Assembly: GCA_010909165.1 (NCBI GenBank)
Contig: MU008219.1
Location: forward strand, 62,001-126,000
Direction of reading: 5' to 3'
Source: Anthoceros angustus
Taxonomy: Eukaryota; Plantae; Anthocerotophyta
DNA: 64,000 nt
In this document: one piece after another, positions 25,705 through 38,067 of the stretch
How positions within the stretch are numbered: the stretch's first letter is position 1
Layout of the letters: the number at the start of each line of letters is the position of its first letter
Translations under genes and position numbers: made by a program
Notes under the pieces: model-generated
The model's database searches: none
Seen by the model: only the letters and a program-made list of their open reading frames with translations
Told to the model about the DNA's origin: nothing

Positions 25705-25895
25705 GGGAGCCTGCTCTGGCTCCCTCCCTGTTTTGAGGTAGATAGTGAACGAAGGGGAATTACTCCGGACGGCTTTGTCTAAACTGCGATTCTCATGGGC
25801 AATTGTTTGACCTCTGTTTGGGAGTCATTAGTTGCTATAGTTTTGTCACTGTAATGTGCCTACCGATTCTTTGCAATTTCTGGCTCCTACACCCT
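25705..25895 (+). repeat. Isolated copy of RPL18a 3' flanking sequence
   Basis: ctgctctggctccctccctgttttgaggtagatag...gttgctatagttttgtcactgta also at ~24380-24520 and ~30068-30250. Confidence 0.8.
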
Positions 25896-25952
25896 TCCCT
25901 TTCAGGTCCCTCTATCGACTGATTTGAGCAGCATCAGTTGATATTGGGTCTC

Positions 25953-28345
25953 ATGGCGGACATGGAAGATTTTGAGGGTCTCGATCCGCCTCTGATTCAA
26001 AGATGTGGATGTACTGAGATCCCCGACTTCGAGATCGAGCGTATGCGCACGGGGAAACCACCTGATCAGCGCTATGCTATATTTCTCGATGAGGTTATTA
26101 CAGTTTACAGGGCGCATGTTGTCCATTTCCGTTTCTTGACAATACTTCACTCGCCTGCATTGGATGGGTCATGGGTCGATTGGTCTGGTCTCGGTCTTTC
26201 TCATGGCCAAAAAAAATCCGTCTTAGAGGGAAAGGCTGAAAAAACTATCGGATGAGAGAGCAAATAAATGGCCAAATACAATAAAGGCTTTGAGGATCAA
26301 AAGAGAGCTGGCGCGTCAACAAAGAATTGATCAAGCGGAGGTATAGTCTTAAAATGTGTATGAAGAAGCTCTGAAGATTGTAACATCATATTGTAAATTG
26401 AGGGCTAAAAATAGAGCCCTATATATACCATTGATCTACTTAAATTATTCTAAGAATATTATTATTTACTGTTGAATTTACCATTCAAATATTATACTTG
26501 ATCTATACTAATCTCAGCTCATTAAATCAAAATCTAATTAGGAAGAACTAAAAAAGTTGGACAAAGAAGAAGCAAAGATTAGAGCTAAGAAAAGATTGGA
26601 TGTGGTTGGTTCCAATATCTATACATGCTAGTCTCCCAAGAGACAAATTGAAACAAAAAAGTTTTCACAATTTCCTTAGTTCGAGTGTACATGCATTGTT
26701 CCTTATACATATGTATTTTGTGAAGATAGAACGAGCAGGGAAGCTCTTACAACAATCTCAATTTTTCAACTACAGGTCTCGAAAGCTTCTAGATGAAGTC
26801 AATCGGGTAATTTTCAAGCATTGAAATGGATTAAAGGTTTAACTAGGTGTACTTACAGAATTTGTTCTTGTAGTCTAACTCTTTTTTCTCCCTAATATAT
26901 AATCTACCAATAGGAAAGAGAGGCACAAATTCAGCACAAGGGTGCTGTTAAGGAAATGTGGAAGAAAAAGGAAGCTGTCTATCATCAATGGATTTTAAAA
27001 AAGGTGGAACAAGAAAAACAAGAAGATAAAGATTATCATAAACGAGAGTATGATAAAGCTGTTGCTATTCGAAAGTTCCGAATTGCCCAGGTACCACTCT
27101 AACCTAGAAAAATATGGAACATGTGAGATAAATGTTGTGGACTTCAAATTTTCATATTGTCCAATTCAACTCGACTAGTTGGAAGAAAATCACCAATTGT
27201 GGTTGAAAGATGAAGAAGCACATGAATATGAGAAAAAAAGAATTCACCGACAAGCAGAATTGGATGTTATTGAAGAAGAAGAAAAGGAGAAGCGGAGGAT
27301 ACAAATGATCAAAGAAATAGATGAAGAAGCAGCAGCTGCAAACTTAGACCTTAAGGTAGCTATATATTATTTCAATTAAGTATCTCAATATTATAATAAA
27401 TTATATTTTAAGTATTTATATTAAATAAATTTTTGATATTTTCAGGTAAGAAGGGAAACTCAAAAGTTGAAAATTTTGGAAGAAGAAAAGAAAATAGCAG
27501 CTTATGCCAAATGGAAGCAAGATTTTGACGATGAAGTTAAAAGGAAATATAATGCAAAGAGGGATGAGAAACAAGCTGCCAAAGACAGACTTATTGCAAG
27601 ACAATCAAAGGTTAATCTTATATGTATTATTGATTTATATGGGACCAAGTTGCAGGACATTTTTCTAACACTGATATTTTGTATCACAGCAATTAGAGGA
27701 TGCTAGGGTAGCTGCTGCAGAACGATTACGGGTAGATGAAACTGAAAGGGAAATCAAAGAAGAAGCCATTGTTAAATTCTTGAAGGATAAAAGGGAGCGC
27801 GAGTATGCTCTATGTCATAAATCTCGTCAAATGCAGGTATGATTATGTATATGATCATTCGATCCGTCACAGTATAAGTAATATAAGCCTATATTGGAAA
27901 AGAAGAATGGGTCACGTACTAAAAACAAGAGTGATTTTCTTGAACAGTTACAACAGAAGAGAATTGCAGAAGAAATAGACTTAGAAGAAAAATGCGCTAT
28001 GGGACAACAGTCATGGGAACGTGCCTGGCAAGCCAAAATGGATGATGAAGCAGAAGCAAAAGCTGTGCATGATAAAAATGTAGAATTCGCCAAAAGCTAT
28101 AGGAAGCATGTGGTAAGTGTTTAGAATAATTTTTTTAAAATTTTTATTTTAAAATATTAATTTAATATAAGTGATTTATTTTCTGAAATAATTTCCTGCA
28201 GGCTCAACAAGAATATGCTGCAAAGGTAGAACAAGAGGAATTATTACAAGCCGATAAAAACATGATACAAATGATGAAGGAAGATGACTCTCAATATGTT
28301 TTGGGCCCAGATGGTACAATGGCTATGCGTGATCTTGTATTATAG
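25953..28345 (+). CDS. CFAP210: Ciliary coiled-coil (trichohyalin-plectin homology) protein, CFAP210/CCDC173-like; ~10 exons
   Basis: Exons 25953-26093, 26227-26340, 26542-26604, 26726-~26807, 26914-27090, then ~27179-27355, ~27446-27610, ~27690-27836, ~27948-28112, ~28202-28345. The product ..SDERANKWPNTIKALR..LDKEEAKIRAKKRLDVIERAGKLL..LLDEVNREREAQI fits my recollection of the CFAP210 N-terminal pattern. Confidence 0.75.
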
Positions 28346-28717
28346 TTAAGGGGAAAACATTCCTTCAATTTATTTTTAAATTTTTAAATTGAGTCCCATA
28401 TCTGTTTGAGATTAGATATTGATGGTGTGTGAATAGATGCACCTCATACGATATGTAGGTCTGATCGTATTATTACGAAACAAGGTCAGCCAAAATGAGG
28501 CTCTCGTGGTCCATTTGTCGATACAGAAAAAGCGGCTCATGTCCGAGTCTTCGGTGCCTACTGCCAATTCTTTAAGCTCAGAAAGCGTCGATGCTTCGCG
28601 GGTTTGAATACGCCTGTCCCTAAGCTGCCGTCTGGCCCACTGCTCAAGTGCGCTCCAAATTCCCCTAGCAAACTGACAACGAAAGCACAGATATGTTCGC
28701 TAGTATGGATTTCATTT

Positions 28718-29020
28718 CCTACGCACTCAGAACGGTTCCTTTTGCTCAGGCGTCCAGTTTGTTCAAGTTTCCCTGCATGTATGCTTTGCAACAGGAACGA
28801 TAGACAAGGCAGACTTAGATGGAAAACCAAGTCGTACAGCAAGATCTGCACCGAGCGCATCGAAACCTAAGAAAGGCGAGGCACGCAGAGGCAGACTCAG
28901 ATGAAAAACCATCTCGTAAAGCAAAGACAGCTAAACCCAAACAGAGCGAGTCAAAACCTATGGCGAGGAAAAAGAAAGTAGGGGTTATTCAGCAGCTCCC
29001 TAAAAAGCAGACTGCTATGC
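28718..29020 (+). pseudogene. Topoisomerase IA relic 3 (last intron and last exon)
   Basis: Copy of ~22737-23040 ([18 protein letters not shown]...QQLPKKQTA), frameshifted. Confidence 0.85.
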
Positions 29021-29035
29021 CGGTTAGGAATGCAT

Positions 29036-29043
29036 TAGGGTTT
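29036..29043 (-). promoter_or_regulatory. Telo-box (AAACCCTA) upstream of RPL18a copy 2; also in intron 3 of both copies (23921-23928, 29609-29616)
   Basis: TAGGGTTT on the + strand ~130 bp before the ATG; telo-boxes are a known feature of plant ribosomal-protein genes. Confidence 0.55.
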
Positions 29044-29169
29044 TAAGGGTTTTGGGAGGGAAGCCCTTATTGGTAAAGCAGGGAAGCAAGGGCACAACAA
29101 CCCTTTTGTTTTGGCGAAGGTGGGCTGTTCTTCAGGTCAGCTGGCCTAGCGTCGACAAGGCTCTGCGAC

Positions 29170-30047
29170 ATGAGCTTCAGAGTAGGCGATCTTTCCTTCC
29201 TGTGTCCCCGCTGGACTGAGTGAGCTCGTTTTTTTCTGTGGATTGTGGAGGCCTCAGCTGCATCGGTGCAGGCGTGAGCATGGCGAGGACTGGACTGATT
29301 GGTATCGCTGTCCCGTCGTGTGTGAACAGATTCACCAGTACCAGGTGGTAGGGCGCGCACTGCCCTCCCCTACCAATGAACAGCCGAAGATCTACCGGAT
29401 GAAGCTCTGGGCCACGAACGAAGTTCGTGCAAAGTCCAAGTTTTGGTAAGCAGTTTGCGGGAGCTTTGTCGTTTGTTTATCTGAGTGGGAAGTAGTGGGC
29501 TCATAGGGATGGTCGATTGCTTTGCCGGTTTCTGGTTAGGTACTTCTTGAGGAAGCTGAAGAAGGTGAAGAAGTCGCATGGACAGATCCTTGCGATTAAC
29601 GAGGTAATTAGGGTTTCCTTACTGTGCACTGTGGTTGCTTCTGGTTTTTCGCTGAAGGCTTGCTAGGTTTGGTGGCATGAGTTGATCGTGCTGTTGGATG
29701 GGTAGATTTTCGAGAAGAAGCCGACCACGATCAAGAATTTTGGCATCTGGGTTAGGTATCAAAGTCGCACAGGCTACCATAACATGTACAAGGAGTACAG
29801 GGACACCACCATGAACGGTGCTGTGGAGCAGATGTACGATGAGATGGCTTCTCGGCACAGGGTTCGTTTTCCCTGCATTCAGATCATCAAGACCGCCACT
29901 GTTCCAGTTGCCCTGTGCAAGCGTGAGAACACGAAGCAGTTTCACAATGGAAACATCAAGTTCCCTCTGACCTACCGGAAGATCAGGCCGCCTACGAGAA
30001 AGTTGAAGACAACCTTCAAGGCCTCCAGACCCAACACCTTCGTGTAG
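29170..30047 (+). CDS. RPL18a: 60S ribosomal protein L18a (eL20), copy 2; exons 29170-29181, 29330-29445, 29540-29603, 29706-30047
   Basis: Same protein as copy 1; the coding differences I saw are synonymous. Confidence 0.95.
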
Positions 30048-30291
30048 AGCCTGCTTTGGGATGGAGTCTGCTCTGGCTCCCTCCCTGTTTTGAGGTAGAT
30101 AGGTAATGAAGCGGAATTACTCCGGACGGCTTTGTCTACACTGCGATTCTCATGGGCAATTGTTTGACTTCTGTTTGGGGGTCATTAGTTGCTATAGTTT
30201 TGTCACTGTAATGTGCCTACCTATTCTTTGCAATTTCTGGCTCCTACACCCTCCCCAACTTCGGATGATTTAGGATCGCGGGGACGCGCGT

Positions 30292-31040
30292 CCTTCTACT
30301 GCCAGGAATACTGGACAGTAGAGGCACAGGTTTTCTCTTCAAAAACGCCCATCGAGCAGCTCGACGCTGGTTGCCGAGCACGGCTTACTCATTACATGGG
30401 TGCAAAGCTTGGGCAGTTCAGTTTAACAGCGGAGACAGCAGTAGCTGCGGAAAAAACGGTAGTCGAGTGTAAATTGTCAGTAGCAGCTGTCAGAAACAGC
30501 ATGTCAAAACGAAATCCGCCTCCTCCTCCATACATCACTTCTACGCTGTAGCAGGATGCTTCTAAGAAATTGTCATTCAGTACACCACGAACCATGGGTG
30601 TGAGTCGAACAGCAACAGATTATGCTTCATCCTTCTTTTCTTATCCTGTGTGGGTTGCTGGTCACATTCAACTTTCTGTTGTCCTGGTGCAGATGCTGAT
30701 GAAGGCCCCCATTTGTATATTTCATTTCGATTTCCATGTGTGAAGTGCATCTACAAGAAAAGTGGCTGTGATAGTGTTTTTCCATTTTCTTCTTGGCTCG
30801 GTGCACAGCTAGCCCAGCAGCTTTACGAGGGAGTGAATCTGGGGCATGACGAGCTCACGGGTCTGCATGCGCTCAGACAGTGTCCAGGTTTACTGACCAC
30901 TTGGTACACGGGGAATAAGTAGGATAGGGGTGTTGCTTGAGATGGGTTGGTAAGCCGGACTGTTCATCTTTCGTTTCCGACATGAGCTACCATAGGCTCT
31001 TTCAGAGCTGTCGCTTGTGTGTCTTCGAAATCTTTGCTGT
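30292..31040 (+). pseudogene. Topoisomerase IA relic 4
   Basis: QEYWTVEAQ...PYITSTL* (TAG at 30549-30551); the catalytic ITY codons are deleted (gggtctgcatgcgc). Confidence 0.88.
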
Positions 31041-32564
31041 GTGCTCCTCATTAATGCTTCTAAATAGTGACACCACTTACTAAGCAGGTATTGAAAGTGG
31101 AAGAGATCGTCAAGTGACACCGTAACCCCTGGGCAAAGTTCAGACAGACCAGGTGTGACATGATGTATTCTGCTACTTCGAAAATCATTGTGGTCGACAG
31201 TCCACATATACGAGACAGAATTACTAACCTTGGAGCTGCAGCAAGAGAATAGGCATACAGGACAGGAGAACACATCCGTGTCTACAAATATCCAACTCAG
31301 AAGACTTCAGACTGCATGTGCAAAAAAAGACAGACTTCTGTGATGCTGATTACCAATTGCACCATAAAACACAATTCACATTCCTAATTACTTTTAATGC
31401 AATGATTGGCAGACCAGTGCTGTGAGAGAGACAAAACGAGGACAACATTGAGAGTATGGTTTACCTTGAGTTTGCTGTAAGATGTTCGACTTCCCATAGA
31501 GAAAATGGAGCATGACACGTGCAGGTTGTCTGGATGCCAAGAAGTTACATGTGGGAGAGACGTCATAGACCTCACAGTGAAACCTCTCAGCTATCCGTGC
31601 ATATGCCATGCCTGGAAACAGATAACAGAGCTGGACTGCGAACAAGAGCAGCAGAGGGTCCATTTGCTTGACCACCTGGAGTAAACCAGTGGCCAAGTTC
31701 TGACCCTGAAATGCAAAGTTTCAGCTGAACCTGTACTTGATTTACGACAGAACCCACTTTAAGACTTTCGCAAAACAACATGTCTGGTGGGAAACTATGC
31801 ACATCAACTGCAGCACTGACCCCATTTCTTCCGTCACACCCCTCCTTGCAGACAGTTTGATTCCCCGCTGGCCAGCAGAGTCTCCATGCTGACATGAGCA
31901 AACATGAATGGAGTCCCTGGCAGATACATTGTGGGACACAGTTTCTTCCCTGCCAAGATAATCCTCACTACTGTCTTGCAGTGAAAGCTACCCACTACGC
32001 AAAGCTCTTTACAGCTGCTGATGTGAAAGTGACAGACCTGTGAAATTGCATGCTGCAGATCCACACAGTGAGCTGTTTCAAGAGGTTTTTCTTTGCCAGC
32101 GTTAGATCAACTGCTACAAAGAGGTCCCATTGCCAGTCGTAGCTTATAAGTAGCCATAGCTTACGCTCGGCCTACTCTGCTGCTTTAAAACGTACAACGC
32201 GGTTTACGCTGCGATCCGCCTCCCTCCTCCGGCTTTGTAAACTCCACGGAGCGGCTTGCACATCCATAACCGGTGGGATTGATGTTGGAAACGTCATGAT
32301 CAGTAAGGAACGGGAGAGGAGTATCAGACGCACGACGTTGCCGTGCAGTGAACCCTAATGTTTACCGCGCGGTTCTCACTGTCGGCTCTCTGTGAGGGAG
32401 GGGACCGGGGGGATAGGAGTGGAAGGACAAACGTGATTAGATAAAATTCACCACATTTGTGCCCTTGACCTAAGCTGGGCCGCTTAGCTGCGAAGTAACC
32501 CGCTTCAGCTGCTAGGCCAGCTGTCTAACAGGCAAACCAGTCGGCAAACTGTTAACTTAGCAAC

Positions 32565-32690
32565 CAAACTACAGTCTTCGATACTAAACTATATACCAAA
32601 CTACAGTCTCCAATACTAAACTATATATCAAATTATAGTCTTCAATACTAAACTATATACCAAACTACAGTCTTCAATACTAAACTATAT
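32565..32690. repeat. 32-bp minisatellite, ~4 copies (~7 copies at 44626-44845)
   Basis: Unit accaaactacagtcttcaatactaaactatat, immediately 3' of the TPR-SET stop codon. Confidence 0.9.
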
Positions 32691-32697
32691 TACATTG

Positions 32698-35010
32698 TCA
32701 AAGTAAATATCGTATAAGGCTAACTTTACATATCTCAGCCCATTCCATGACTAAGTCAAAATGTTTCTCCTCCACCGGTAAATAAATTTCCTTCGACTTT
32801 GCCTCAAGGAGTTCCCCAAAGTGATTGCTGCCAGCCCTACCAACACCATCCAACTCCTCCTCATGGCTCATGGCCAATAGGGCTAATATGCATGGATTGC
32901 CCGGATCAACGGAAGTTAAGATTTGCAGCGTCTCGTCCACGGTGGACAAGTCACCCCCACAGATCTTATTGCAACACAGGAGCACATAAGCCTGGGAAAA
33001 GGAGCACCGGATCCAGTCTTTCTCCTGCTTACTCAACTGTACACAGAGATTCCTCTCCAAGATCCTCTCCAAGTCATCAACAATTCTTTCCGCTCTCGAA
33101 GCCGTCTTCATCATGGTATCGCATGTTTCAAACTCTTCATCATATTCCTCGACCAAAGTAAACAAATCCGGGATGTTGTCCAGTGCCTGCTCTTCAAACT
33201 TACAACGAGAGCACTCACACATGAACAATGGCCAGGCTTGTCTTTCACGGAATAGCAGGCTGTTAGATATCGTGAAGTAATTGATGAAAAGCTCCTCTCC
33301 AGCTCCAACCGCACGACTCGAGGAAACAAAAAGATAATCGCCCACTGGGTAGTCCATGCAATTGGGGGTGCATGAATGGTTGAAGAAAGACGCCGTCCCG
33401 TATAATACACCCGCTATTAAGTTGGCTTCTTGAACAGCACGGAAGTTACCAATCCGGATGCTTTCCAAGTGTTCTTCCTCCCTTTCCGGATCTATGATAA
33501 CATCTTCATTGTCCTCGTCATCCCAGTCTTCAGTGAACAGGGACAGTGGAGGCACATCTTGTTGGGCCTGAGATCCGTGCTGAAGGCTCTTGACCTGCCT
33601 GGCATACTGTGGAGACTTTCGTGCCTTTTCTATCATCTGTACTGTGGCATCCTGCCACTCTGGAGACCAAGTGTCCACCGGCTCATTGGGTTCCTCATCT
33701 CTAGGGGAGCCATAGAAGACAAGGCCAGGACCATGGAAAGTCTTGCCTTGACCTGCTCTGGATCCTTCTGGCCGTGCAAGAGCCTTGCTCACAAGCAATA
33801 GCTCTCCTGGCCTCACGTCTCTTGTTGTAAACATTCCTCGCCCACAATTTGTTCTGCGGATCTCGACGGGTCCAATGTACTGACTGCACTCTGGTGCCTC
33901 TTTGGTTTCATTGAAGACGTCCACGAAGTCGTCAAACTTGTAGATTCCCAACCGACTCAGAGAAGCCATACCGACCTTCGTGAGCGAGATGTTATTCAAG
34001 ATGTCCTCATCCGAGGTCCTCGCCTGCAGCACATCAAGACAGGAAATTGCTTCTTCGTATCGGTGCATCCCGCACAAACCTCTAACTCTCTGCAGTGAGG
34101 CTTTGGCTTCGTTAGGGCTCAGCGCCAACAACTTATCGGCACTCTTCAGAGCCTTCTTGTAGCTTCCGTACCGCAGACATGACTCAGCATTACTACCATA
34201 GACGGTGATAAGCTTGTGTTTCATCGAATCAGGTGCATGATAGGTCCCCAGGATCTTCTCCAGGACTTGTGCACTCACGGTGTAGAAAGTAGCTGCCCGG
34301 CTCCACTCACCCTGAGCAAATCGAATGTTGCCTTGAACACATAGTTGCTATGCGCAATCCACCATGGGCACATGCCATCTGGATGTATTCTCTGCTGACT
34401 TGTAAATCTCAGCTGCATTCTCAAGTAAGTTCCTCTCGTGAATCGGCACTATGTCTGCAGGGTTACCAACCCTCCACCCAACCGTCCCATCATTCCACAG
34501 CTCTTCGAGCTTAGGCTCTTTGATTGCCACTTCCATACCCTCCGGTACTTGTCCCACACATCCACCTCGCCAGCTTTGGACACATAGAATTATCAATAAC
34601 CACTAAGACAAGATTCCCACAATGGTCTTCAAATATCGTCGGACTCCTCCGCCATGAACGGCGCCACGCAAAATTTGCCGACTACATACCCTCCTCCGCC
34701 AGTGGGTTGCTCACATTGCCGCCTCTCGGCGCAGGATACTCCTTTGTCGCTGCAAACTTGAGAGTGGAGCCGACGGCTCCGAAGGATCCCGCACAAGGTG
34801 GCTACACTGAGTATCCAAAAACGTAGAATCCTGAACCAGTTGCTTGAATTCCTGTGCAGCCTGATAGTGCCCGAAAATCAATCCTGGTTTATCGAACCTT
34901 TTTGACTGCTCTGCGAGGAAGATGTTCCTCTCGCTGAGCTTTTTCGCCGAAAGTTATCGACATCGCCGGAATCATCAGCTCTCCGGATTATGAGATGTCT
35001 TTGATGCCAT
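32698..35010 (-). pseudogene. Intronless TPR + split SET-domain (SMYD-like, no MYND) gene; 3' 526 codons open, 5' part disrupted
   Basis: GRGMFTTRDVRPGELLL, SFFNHSCTPNC, GEELFINYF, FMCECSRC and TPR helices. In-frame TAG at 34348-34350 and frameshifts between there and the ATG at 35010. Confidence 0.8.
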
Positions 35011-35104
35011 GACTCACCGTTTGTTGTTCGCTTCGTAGTATCGGAATGGAATGGTTTGGACGTGTCTGAACACTGTACAAATAGCCTTTTATTCGACTTG
35101 GTTC

Positions 35105-35675
35105 CTAGCTTGTAGATGCTTTGATCATACCCAAGCACAAAAGAGTGCATATATAGACACCGATTTCAAAACAATATCTGGGTAAATTAAGTTTTCAAAA
35201 CTCATAACCCGCTAACCTGTGCCTTTTGTTACTGACTTCAGTTCCTAGCTTGTAGATGCTTTGATCATACCCAAGCACAAAAGAGTGCATATATAGACAC
35301 CTAGATGCTTTGATCATACCCAAGCACAAAAGGGTGCATATATAGACACCGATTTCAAAACTATATCTGGATAAATTAAGTCTTCAAAACTCATAATCCG
35401 GTAACCTGAGCCTTTTGTTACTAGCTTGTAGATGCTTTGATCATACCCAAGCACAAAAGGGTGCATATATAGACACCGATTTCAAAATAATATCTGGATA
35501 AATTAAGTTTTCAAAACTCATAACCCGCTAACCTGTGCCTTTTTGTTACCGAGTTCAGTTCCTAGCTTGTAGATGCTTTGATCATACCCAAGCACAAAAG
35601 GGTGCATATATAGACATCGATTTCAAAACAATATCTGGATACATTAAGTTTTCAAAACTCATAACCCGGTAACCT
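35105..35675. repeat. ~120-140 bp tandem array, 5 units (one short), upstream of the TPR-SET gene; copy at ~47165-47731
   Basis: tagatgctttgatcatacccaagcacaaaag[ag]gtgcatatatagacac repeated five times. Confidence 0.92.
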
Positions 35676-35699
35676 GTGGAAGGACTTTACAACCCTGAA

Positions 35700-36820
35700 A
35701 CCCAAGGTTGGATTCATCGAAACTTTGGCATCCTGCCTTGGCTACTATCTGGACAAAGATCGTTTGAAATTATGCATCCCACTTCCTCTCCCGCCGGGAT
35801 GTCCACGTTCTGTGGTGCCGGCCCATGTAGGTATGTGCATGCTTATCCTCCAAATCCGGGTGCTGGGGCTCTTCTCATTTCAGACTCTTCAGGTGTTTCC
35901 GGTGAAAAATTAGAGGGCGAGCGGACCATGACATGGCTCTTCTGGCAATCTTGACTCGGTTTCCTTGCTCGCACGAATCTAAATAGCTCTCACAAAGGGA
36001 GCACACTCGCTGCAATGGCAGCCCACCACGCAGCCTTCGGACTTGATCTGGTAAATGCCCGAACCGCAACTTCTTCCAGATCGTGAAGCGATGCCTCTGT
36101 ACCAGGCCTTTGCTGCTATGTCGTAAGAAAACATATATTATAAATATATATTTAAAAATAGTGTTATCAGAACGCGGCGGACATTTCTTCGCGGAGGTTC
36201 CGAGAGTCGAAAGGAAGCGTTCATGATCCAAGTTGTGGCAGTGTCGAGGCGATGCATGAGTGTGCATCCTTTATAAGGCCCCTTCATGTTTGCCAACCTC
36301 AGGCTTTTCCAGTGTGTTCCACTTAGGAGGTGAGGCACCATGACCATCTTTCACACAAGCCAGTTGAACTACTCGGACTGCTGCATCAGAATATTTGTGT
36401 GCACTGGCGATCACACTTCTCCTGACTTGCCCGTCCCAAACAACAAACAAATATCTCCTGTTGCCTGTAAGGGAAGAGGAAAACAAATTTCTACCAGCGA
36501 CCAGTAACTTGTATATCAGTGAAGTCGACACAATCAGCATAGATTTAGCTGGTTGTAACGAACGCTGAGAAAGCTGTGGCCATCTCCACCGAAATTTCGA
36601 ACGTGCTCCTCTTCAATGTCCCACCACGCCATGTCATCGGGCGCCCCAGCAATCAGTGCCACAATTTAAGAGTGCTTCCTCTGCTGCAGCGTTTCACCCG
36701 ATTCCAAAACCTTGACCCCGGTGGAAACCTAAAAATTCCACACGATGTCCAAATTCGTCGAGCTGTGTTTGAAAAAATGCCTCCCGCGCTGAGCCTGTCA
36801 GCCAGAACGTAGTCGGGTGC
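35700..36820 (-). pseudogene. Degenerate TPR-SET paralog, closest to the 51410-53815 gene; copy at ~47750-48870
   Basis: VLADRLSAGGIF, GSGIYQIKSEGC, WSARPLIFHRKHLKSL match VLADRLSARGIS, GSGIYQFKHEGC, WPARALIFHGRNLKCL. Confidence 0.8.
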
Positions 36821-37151
36821 GGGTTCCTGGGAAGAACAGGCGTTGTGGTCATCAACCAGGGCCAGGAAGGTGCTCGATTAACCGTTCGGGCAGCGAAGTA
36901 GCGGACAAAAGCGAATTCAAGTTTTTGATTTCAAATTTCCGCGAACACCCTCAGCATACCTAGTGGACACACCAAAACACCTTTGGAACGCTGGCACTTT
37001 TAAACGACAATGAGCAGCAAGGTTACATCTAGATGCAACAGTTGCTTCTATGCAAGCTCGGGAAGCAGGCGAGATCACAAAACCACGCGTTTCTGGAGGT
37101 GCTGCCGGCGCGCCATCCCACCTGAAACAGGGCTACTGTAGAAGCTGACAA

Positions 37152-37448
37152 TTAACGGCAGCTGGAATTGTCCAGCGACTCCTCGCCATCGCCGCACTGC
37201 TCCAATTGATGGGCCGCGCCGGAGGCCAGCGCCGCAGCAGCAACTGCCGCCGTGATTCCTGCAATCCTTGCTCCTACAAGAGGGGCTGCGCATGTCGCCA
37301 CCCAGCTCGCTGTGTACCGGATGGCAGCCCGGCGGGCCTGACCGAAGTTGCCTGCACTTGCGTGCACTGCAGCCGCCACGAATCCCACAATTGGGATACT
37401 CTCACATAAGAGGGTGGCTTGACCGTTTTTCGCGAAGGCGTTTCCCAT
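37152..37448 (-). CDS. 98-aa Ala/Gly-rich hydrophobic protein with MGN start, unknown function
   Basis: Clean ATG-TAA ORF; collinear paralog of 37774-38067. Confidence 0.65.
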   Translation of the reverse strand: MGNAFAKNGQATLLCESIPIVGFVAAAVHASAGNFGQARRAAIRYTASWVATCAAPLVGARIAGITAAVAAAALASGAAHQLEQCGDGEESLDNSSCR

Positions 37449-37773
37449 TGGAGACGCAGCGAGGGAGACGATGCAGACAATGCTTGTGGGGCGATCGATA
37501 AATCGGGCGGGAATTGCTCACTAGAGTTTTGAACACGATTGTGAAACCTCAAGCCGGGATCACGCTCAACATATGTACTCACCAACTGGACACACCAAAA
37601 CGCCTAAGGTTGGCACTTTCTATGAGAATGAGCGAGGATTACATCTGATAGCAAGAGTTCTCCTCGACGCAAGCTGGGGAAGCCGTCTCCAGGCGTGTCA
37701 CGAACCGTACGCGTTTCTGGAGGTTCCGCTGGCGCCATCCCTCCTGCAACACGGCTGCAGAAGCTGATAAAGA

Positions 37774-38067
37774 TCAAGGGCGGCTGCCATTTTCCGACCC
37801 CTCGTCAACGCTGCACTGCTCCAAATGCGCCGCTGCGGCGCTTAGGGCAGCAGCGGCAGCCACTGCCGCCGCGACCTCTGCCATCCTGGCCGCTGCAAAA
37901 AGCGCTGCGCACATGCCCATGGAACTAACTGCGCATTTTACAACTGCCCGATGCGCTTGGCAAAAGTTCCCTGCCTCCGCATGGGCAGCGGCAACAAGGA
38001 AGCCCACGATGGGGATGTATTCGCATATCAACGTTGCTTCGCCGTCTTTTCCGAAGGGGTTTCCCAT
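37774..38067 (-). CDS. 97-aa Ala/Gly-rich hydrophobic protein with MGN start, unknown function
   Basis: MGNPFGKDGEATLICEYIPIVGFLVAAAHAEAGN; reading frame, length and stop position conserved with the paralog despite nucleotide divergence. Confidence 0.65.
   Translation of the reverse strand: MGNPFGKDGEATLICEYIPIVGFLVAAAHAEAGNFCQAHRAVVKCAVSSMGMCAALFAAARMAEVAAAVAAAAALSAAAAHLEQCSVDEGSENGSRP

Noticed and set aside
35105-35675. CRISPR-like look of the ~47-bp conserved core with intervening sequence
   Set aside because: The intervening segments are copies of each other rather than unique spacers; no cas genes; eukaryotic context.
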